Shown piece after piece: positions 17,629 to 22,340 of a stretch of 22,340 nucleotides of DNA (position 1 is the stretch's first letter; the number at the start of each line of letters is the position of its first letter). The notes beneath the pieces were generated by a model. That model made no database searches. It was not told the DNA's origin and was given only the letters and a program-made list of their open reading frames with translations. Both the position numbers and the translations under genes were made by a program. The DNA is from Candidatus Heimdallarchaeota archaeon (GTDB taxonomy: Archaea > Asgardarchaeota > Heimdallarchaeia > JABLTI01), in the NCBI GenBank assembly GCA_030614005.1, contig JAUWKS010000053.1:1-22340 (forward strand), read 5' to 3'.

Positions 17629-17707
17629 ACCCGTTGAAAATTCCCCCATTTGAAGGTCAATGTTTATTTATAGCTGTAAAGAGATAAATTAGTAAACGAA
17701 TTTAAAG

Positions 17708-18187
17708 GTGAAACAAATGAAAATTTGGATAGTACATGATTCACATTTTGGTAATGGTGAGAAATTAGCTAAAACATTAGGTTCAGCATTAGAGAAGAAA
17801 GGAGAAGTCAACATTGATCATATCAAAAATATTTCTCCAGAAAAAGTAGTGAGTGATGCTCCTGATGCAATTATTGTTGGAACAGCTGCAAGAAAATTCA
17901 TGATTAGTGGAGCATCTAAGAAATGGTTGCGAAAGTTGAAAAATGAACTTAAAAACGAAGAGAAAACAATAAAATACGGGGCTACTTTTCTAACTCATGT
18001 TTTGGATAAAAAGATAGCTAAGATTTGGGGTGAAAGATTTCACAAAAAACTCAATGATTTAGCAATAACTAATGTTTATTCTGAATGGATATCTGGTCGT
18101 GTCAAATCCGCGGAAGGCCCATTTATTGACAGTGAACAAGAAAAATTCGAGAAAATTGGTAAAGATCTTAATGATTGGATGAAATAA
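17708..18187 (+). CDS. Flavodoxin-like protein
   Basis: KIWIVHDSHFGNGEKLA (S-x-x-G-N loop), DAIIVG, flavodoxin-sized alpha/beta pattern, GP...E.EKFEKIG at the end. Alternative start ATG 17717. Confidence 0.75.
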   Translation: MKQMKIWIVHDSHFGNGEKLAKTLGSALEKKGEVNIDHIKNISPEKVVSDAPDAIIVGTAARKFMISGASKKWLRKLKNELKNEEKTIKYGATFLTHVLDKKIAKIWGERFHKKLNDLAITNVYSEWISGRVKSAEGPFIDSEQEKFEKIGKDLNDWMK

Positions 18188-18302
18188 TATAATTATCACA
18201 TCATCAAATTCTTATATTTTTACAACAAATTTTTCTAGAATCTATAATTTGCTAAGTAATTTATGATTATTTGATAGAAACAACAAAGAGGATTAAACTT
18301 CA

Positions 18303-19268
18303 ATGACTAATGAAAAACAGAAACAAATAATCGAATTCACTAATGTTTCCAAAAAGTACAAGGAAGTAGAAGCTCTAATTGATGTATCCTTTGTAATTAA
18401 TAAAGGAGACATTTTTGGGTACATTGGTCATAATGGTGCTGGTAAAACGACAACATTGAAGATTTTGGTTGGTCTCATTCGAGATTATACAGGAGATGTG
18501 TTGATTGCTGGTGAATCACTCAAGAGTCATCCTGATTTTAGTAATCTTATTGGGTATCTCCCACAAGATGTCGGCTTTCAAGAATGGCGAACAGTCAATC
18601 ATGCATTGATAACGTTCGGTTTATTATCTGGTATGAAGAAATCGGATTTAACGCAACGTATTCTGGAAATTTTGGAAATGGTTGGTTTGACGGATGTTCG
18701 TCATCGTAAAATAAAATATTTATCTGGTGGTATGCAGCAGAAACTGAAACTTGCTCAAGCGCTTCTTCATGATCCGCAGGTGCTAATTCTTGATGAACCT
18801 ATGAGTGGTTTGGATCCTACTAGTAGGTTTCAAATGAAGAACATTATTAGAAAATTAGCTGCAAGCGAAAAAACAATTCTCTTTTCGTCTCATATATTAG
18901 GTGATGTAGCAGATATTGCTACAACAATTGGTATAATCAAAGAGGGAGTTATCCAGCGCATAGGTAGTCCTCTTGAGCTCCAAAATGAACTCACAGAAGG
19001 AGACGCTATTGAGCTTGTTGGTCATAATCTTTCTGCATCTATTACAAAGATTCAAGCCCTTCCAAATGTTGAACGAGTAGAGCTTACTTCTAATAGACAT
19101 GATCGATTGGTGGTGACCTATTCTACTGATACTGATATCCAAAATGCAACTATTCTATTAATGGCATTTTTGAGTGAAAATAAAATTGCAATTCAAAATT
19201 TCAATTATCTTAAACCATCTCTAGAACAAGTCTACTTGAAATATATGGCAGGAGGTACTACACAATGA
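18303..19268 (+). CDS. ABC-2 type transporter ATP-binding subunit
   Basis: Walker A GHNGAGKT, signature LSGGMQQK, Walker B ILDEP..GLDP, SSH switch, C-terminal PSLEQVYL. Confidence 0.93.
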   Translation: MTNEKQKQIIEFTNVSKKYKEVEALIDVSFVINKGDIFGYIGHNGAGKTTTLKILVGLIRDYTGDVLIAGESLKSHPDFSNLIGYLPQDVGFQEWRTVNHALITFGLLSGMKKSDLTQRILEILEMVGLTDVRHRKIKYLSGGMQQKLKLAQALLHDPQVLILDEPMSGLDPTSRFQMKNIIRKLAASEKTILFSSHILGDVADIATTIGIIKEGVIQRIGSPLELQNELTEGDAIELVGHNLSASITKIQALPNVERVELTSNRHDRLVVTYSTDTDIQNATILLMAFLSENKIAIQNFNYLKPSLEQVYLKYMAGGTTQ

Positions 19269-19927
19269 GTTTCGCGATATTATTCTGGGATGAACTTAGA
19301 GGGTTTGTTAAATCAAAAATCATGCTTGCGTTATGGATAGGTATGCCATTATTGGCTATCTTAATGCATTTCATTCAACCAGATACGGAAGGACTGCCTA
19401 TTTCTGTTCTAACTGGAATGCTGATTTCTGCAATGGGTGGAGCGCTCGCAGCAGTTCTCCTTAGTACTTCAATAGTAAATGAATCCAATGCTAAAGTGTA
19501 CGATTTATATCTAATTCGACCCGTCAAGCGCCATAACATATTGCTTGCAAAATATTTTGCTGTAATTCTCAATCTATGTATTGCAACCATATTGAGTTTA
19601 GCAATTGGTCTATTAATTGACAGATTTACTATTGGTTTGCCAACAGAACAGATTTTCATGGCTACTTTAGACTCCCTTGTTATGTCCATCGCAGCAATGT
19701 CTATTGCAAGTGCAATTGGAATACTCATAGGCATTTTAGTGAAATCTGTTGGTTTGGCGGCAATCTTATCCCTTTATCTGGGTCAACAACTTTCACTTAT
19801 CGTAATGCTGCCTGGAGTCTACTTTGAAAATATCAATCTAATGCTCTTTTCAGCTGCAGTAGGAATACCACTAACAATAATAATTATTTTAGTAGAAATA
19901 TTCATTTTTAGTAAGAAGCAGTTTTAG
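19265..19927 (+). CDS. ABC-2 type transporter permease
   Basis: ATGA overlap with the ATPase gene; about six TM helices; SIVNE...YDLYLIRPVKR.NILLAKY is the typical ABC-2 permease loop. Confidence 0.88.
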   Translation: MSFAILFWDELRGFVKSKIMLALWIGMPLLAILMHFIQPDTEGLPISVLTGMLISAMGGALAAVLLSTSIVNESNAKVYDLYLIRPVKRHNILLAKYFAVILNLCIATILSLAIGLLIDRFTIGLPTEQIFMATLDSLVMSIAAMSIASAIGILIGILVKSVGLAAILSLYLGQQLSLIVMLPGVYFENINLMLFSAAVGIPLTIIIILVEIFIFSKKQF

Positions 19928-19948
19928 CTTCTTCCTCACTTTTTTTAC
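19928..19948 (+). terminator. T-tract terminator after the ABC-2 permease
   Basis: CTTCTTCCTCACTTTTTTTAC immediately after the stop. Confidence 0.4.
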
Positions 19949-20024
19949 ATCAACAACAGAAATTTGATAGTTTTATATTGCTCTGTCAATAATTAAATTT
20001 CGATTACTCATTTGTTGAATATGA

Positions 20025-20042
20025 TAAAAAAGCTTTATCAAG
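20025..20042 (+). promoter_or_regulatory. Candidate BRE/TATA promoter for degV paralogue 2
   Basis: AAAAAAG-CTTTATCA, the same layout as the element at 5322. Confidence 0.35.
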
Positions 20043-20133
20043 TAAATAACTATTATTTCATTTGTAATCGAGATATTAGATTATTTCTCGATACAATTTC
20101 CATCTATTATATCTATAAGGAGCTATTACAGCA

Positions 20134-21024
20134 ATGTCAAAAACAGCTATAATAACAGATGGGGTTAATGACCTCTCTGAAGAAATGATAAAGGAATATG
20201 ATATTATTACAGTGCCAATGAGAATGTTTTTTGGCGATGAAGAATTTAATATCTGGCATAAAGACAAATGCGATATAAGTGTAGAAGATTTTACTGCTCG
20301 ACTATTAAAGAGCTCAAAAGGTTCTCTACCTAGAACTTCTCTTCCTAAACTAAGTGAATTTTCTAAAGCATTTGATGAAGCACTTGAGAAAGCAGACTCA
20401 GTTATTGTTGTTCTCATATCCTCAGGTCTTTCAGGAACTGTTCAAGCAGTTCAAACATTGATTGATAATTATTATCAAGGAAAAGATATCACAATTTTTG
20501 ATTCACAGCACACTATGATTGGTACAGGAATCCAAGCACTTGAAGCAGCTAAAATGGCTAAACAAGGAAATACAAAAGAAGAAATCCTTGGAAGACTTGA
20601 AGCTATCAATCCACGAGTAAGAACTATTATGATTATGAATGATCTGAATTTCCTTTACAAAGGAGGAAGGATAGGTCGAGCAAAGAAATTAATGGCCTCT
20701 GCTCTCAATGTTATTCCAGTAGTTCATATGAAAGATGGAATAATTCATCCTATTGGTTCTTTCAAAGGAGAGAAGAGCTTAACAGAACAATTGAAAAGTT
20801 TCTGCCTCAGAATTTTGGAACAGAATGAAACTAACGATATTTTCCTCTATCAACTCAACCAAGAAAAAATTACCAGTGAAGTGTATAAAGCAATGGTCGA
20901 AGCTAATGGCAATGGTGTAAGTGTTCATCATAGTACTGCGGGAGCAATTCTTGGTGTCTATACTGGTCCTAAAACTATTTGCTTGAGTTATATTGGCAAT
21001 TTCTGTCCAAGTTGGCTTGTTTGA
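20134..21024 (+). CDS. degV: DegV/FakB-family fatty-acid-binding protein (paralogue 2)
   Basis: PRTSLP, ISSGLSGT, IFDS..TMIGTG, LYKGGRIG, LGVYTGP motifs; 296 aa; AGGAG upstream. Confidence 0.94.
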   Translation: MSKTAIITDGVNDLSEEMIKEYDIITVPMRMFFGDEEFNIWHKDKCDISVEDFTARLLKSSKGSLPRTSLPKLSEFSKAFDEALEKADSVIVVLISSGLSGTVQAVQTLIDNYYQGKDITIFDSQHTMIGTGIQALEAAKMAKQGNTKEEILGRLEAINPRVRTIMIMNDLNFLYKGGRIGRAKKLMASALNVIPVVHMKDGIIHPIGSFKGEKSLTEQLKSFCLRILEQNETNDIFLYQLNQEKITSEVYKAMVEANGNGVSVHHSTAGAILGVYTGPKTICLSYIGNFCPSWLV

Positions 21025-21190
21025 TCCTTTTCTCTTGTCGACTTGTTCACTCTTTTTTTTCTTTCTTTTGTTTCCGTGTCTTCATTTTTCTTCTCTCCTT
21101 TTTGCCTTGTTGACTTGCCCACTGTCTTTTTAGTGTTTTTTTCGTATTTTCTTTTGGTGTTTTCTGTATGTCTTCCCGCCGTCTTTCTTA
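21025..21190. other. Strongly strand-skewed pyrimidine tract containing degenerate direct repeats
   Basis: Hand count over 166 nt of the + strand: T97, C39, G21, A9. CTTGTCGACTTGTTCACT (21034) and CTTGTTGACTTGCCCACT (21106) match at 15/18. Confidence 0.8.
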
Positions 21191-21260
21191 TTCAATCAGG
21201 TCGGTTACTTTAATCAAAGGAACAATTTTGACATATTAGCAATAACATTTCTTAGTTTTC

Positions 21261-21290
21261 TTAGCTTAGCTGCCTTTAGCTTAGCTGTCT
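21261..21290. repeat. Tandem 15-bp direct repeat (2 copies)
   Basis: TTAGCTTAGCTGCCT / TTAGCTTAGCTGTCT, 14/15 identical. Confidence 0.85.
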
Positions 21291-21346
21291 TTCTTACTAA
21301 TTGGAGTATGTTTAATAGAATTAGAAGGTTTAAGCAAAATAAAATT

Positions 21347-22339
21347 TTATAAACTCTTGCTAAATCTTTCTATTTTTTTTCTTTTGTGCAGTTCGTTTGG
21401 CAATGACAATATTGGAAAAATAATGAAAAGTATCAAAAATGATGAATAGCAAGAAAGCAGTGATGTTTCAGTTCTATAATTAAGCTGAAAGATATCAATT
21501 CCATTATCACTTAGAAAATATCCGAAATCATTTCCAATGTACAATTTATTGTATCGTTCATCCACTTTAAAATCATGAACTTGCTGAAATGGATAACAAT
21601 TAATGTTGTAAAAGCCAATAGTCCACTGATAATCATGAAATAATACTATAGCATATTCATGATATAGATCTAAATCTATTTCTTCCCCATATAAACCTCC
21701 AACGAAGTTATCCACCCAAGGGTTTGGCAAATTTGATAAATCATATCGGAAAAGAAAATCTTCAAGAAATACATAAGCAAATTCATCTCTTAAAGATAAA
21801 TGTGTACCTTGAAACGATGTAATGTATTCTGGTTGAAAATCATTTGAGATATTATAGATAAGAATTCTACTTGGATTTTCCCAAATTTCAAAATCGGTTA
21901 TTAGGACATAATTGTCATAAAAAGACCCTCCTGAAATATATTTATGAAAAGATCCTCCGAGATACTCTTCAGAAATTTCAGTTGGAGAAGCTAAATTTGT
22001 TAAATTCATCAAAACAAACCCTCGCCCTGAAGTTATTAAAGCAACATTCCCATTTATATCAAGAGTACATTTTTCCATAGTATTGTTATATGGTCCTATA
22101 ATTAGTTCAGTTTTTGATATGAATATCAGCTCATTATTCACAAATTTAAAGATAAATAGATTCTTGCCACAAACGAATATGTTTGAGTCGCTTTTCTTGA
22201 TTGATCTTAAATTCATTATTTCATTGGTATAATTTGCAATCAAGATAGGTGTTGATTTATCTTCGATATTATAGACCAAGATACTTTTTTGTTCAATAAT
22301 AAAGGCATGTTCTTCCTCGACAATTATATCGTAAGCTTT
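21347..22339 (-). CDS. LVIVD-repeat surface protein with C-terminal TM; 5'-partial (continues beyond the window)
   Basis: The frame stays open upstream of the called TTG (KAYDIIVEEEHAFIIEQKSILVYNIEDKSTP) to the window edge. LVIVD-like units GFVLMNLTNLASP and ILIYNISNDFQP; hydrophobic C-terminus followed by KRKK. Confidence 0.8.
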   Translation of the reverse strand, partial: KAYDIIVEEEHAFIIEQKSILVYNIEDKSTPILIANYTNEIMNLRSIKKSDSNIFVCGKNLFIFKFVNNELIFISKTELIIGPYNNTMEKCTLDINGNVALITSGRGFVLMNLTNLASPTEISEEYLGGSFHKYISGGSFYDNYVLITDFEIWENPSRILIYNISNDFQPEYITSFQGTHLSLRDEFAYVFLEDFLFRYDLSNLPNPWVDNFVGGLYGEEIDLDLYHEYAIVLFHDYQWTIGFYNINCYPFQQVHDFKVDERYNKLYIGNDFGYFLSDNGIDIFQLNYRTETSLLSCYSSFLILFIIFPILSLPNELHKRKKIERFSKSL

Positions 22340-22340
22340 A

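Noticed and set aside
21078-21174. GTCTT recurring at 46-nt spacing (21078, 21124, 21170); considered as a mini-CRISPR or iteron array
   Set aside because: The match does not extend beyond 5-6 nt, and such a word is expected often in this T/C-rich tract.
21130-21195. 21-aa TTG-started basic peptide MNKKDGGKTYRKHQKKIRKKH, and the 12-aa MKTRKQKKEKKE nearby; considered as eL41-like
   Set aside because: No real match to the eL41 pattern (MRAKWRKKRMRRLKRKRR...); the basic composition follows from the purine skew.
21022-21213. TGA read-through of degV2 would add a 62-aa hydrophobic tail (SFSLVDLFTLFF...)
   Set aside because: An A-poor, T-rich tract necessarily lacks stops and encodes Phe/Leu/Ser/Val. 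The repeat copies show only one synonymous change in this frame, and I found no SECIS-like hairpin.
15589-22080. ORFs 15589..15897, 16213..16410, 16869..17129, 17291..17491, 18897..19142, 19375..19734, 20076..20417, 21871..22080
   Set aside because: Antisense shadows of longer ORFs that have better coding features or family motifs.

Overview
AT-rich prokaryotic window, most likely from an Asgard-type archaeon. That assignment is an inference from BRE/TATA-like promoters, T-tract terminators and the membrane-anchored LVIVD-repeat proteins. Gene order: a frameshifted remnant of a membrane-anchored protein (missed by the ORF track); a stand-alone N-terminal domain of an Mrr/COG4127-type restriction protein with an in-frame TGA; a flavin reductase; a heterodimeric ABC exporter with one degenerate ATP site; an orphan Eco57I/TaqI-like N6-adenine methyltransferase whose open frame starts about 180 nt upstream of the called start; a GOLD/p24-like single-pass protein; a B-box/zinc-ribbon membrane protein; a HAD phosphatase; two translationally coupled 14-repeat LVIVD surface proteins (one with a Ca-binding stalk); a small possible PC4/PUR-fold protein; a 4-TM protein; two DegV/FakB paralogues bracketing a flavodoxin-like gene and an ABC-2 transporter; an odd pyrimidine-rich, repeat-containing intergenic tract; and a third LVIVD protein cut by the window edge. 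I saw no rRNA, tRNA, CRISPR array, transposase, integrase or reverse transcriptase. All family assignments are by-eye motif recognition, not database hits. The best leads are the DegV pair with a shared His->Tyr change, the coupled double-propeller glycoprotein pair, the p24-like/B-box pair, and the 21.0-21.3 kb tract.
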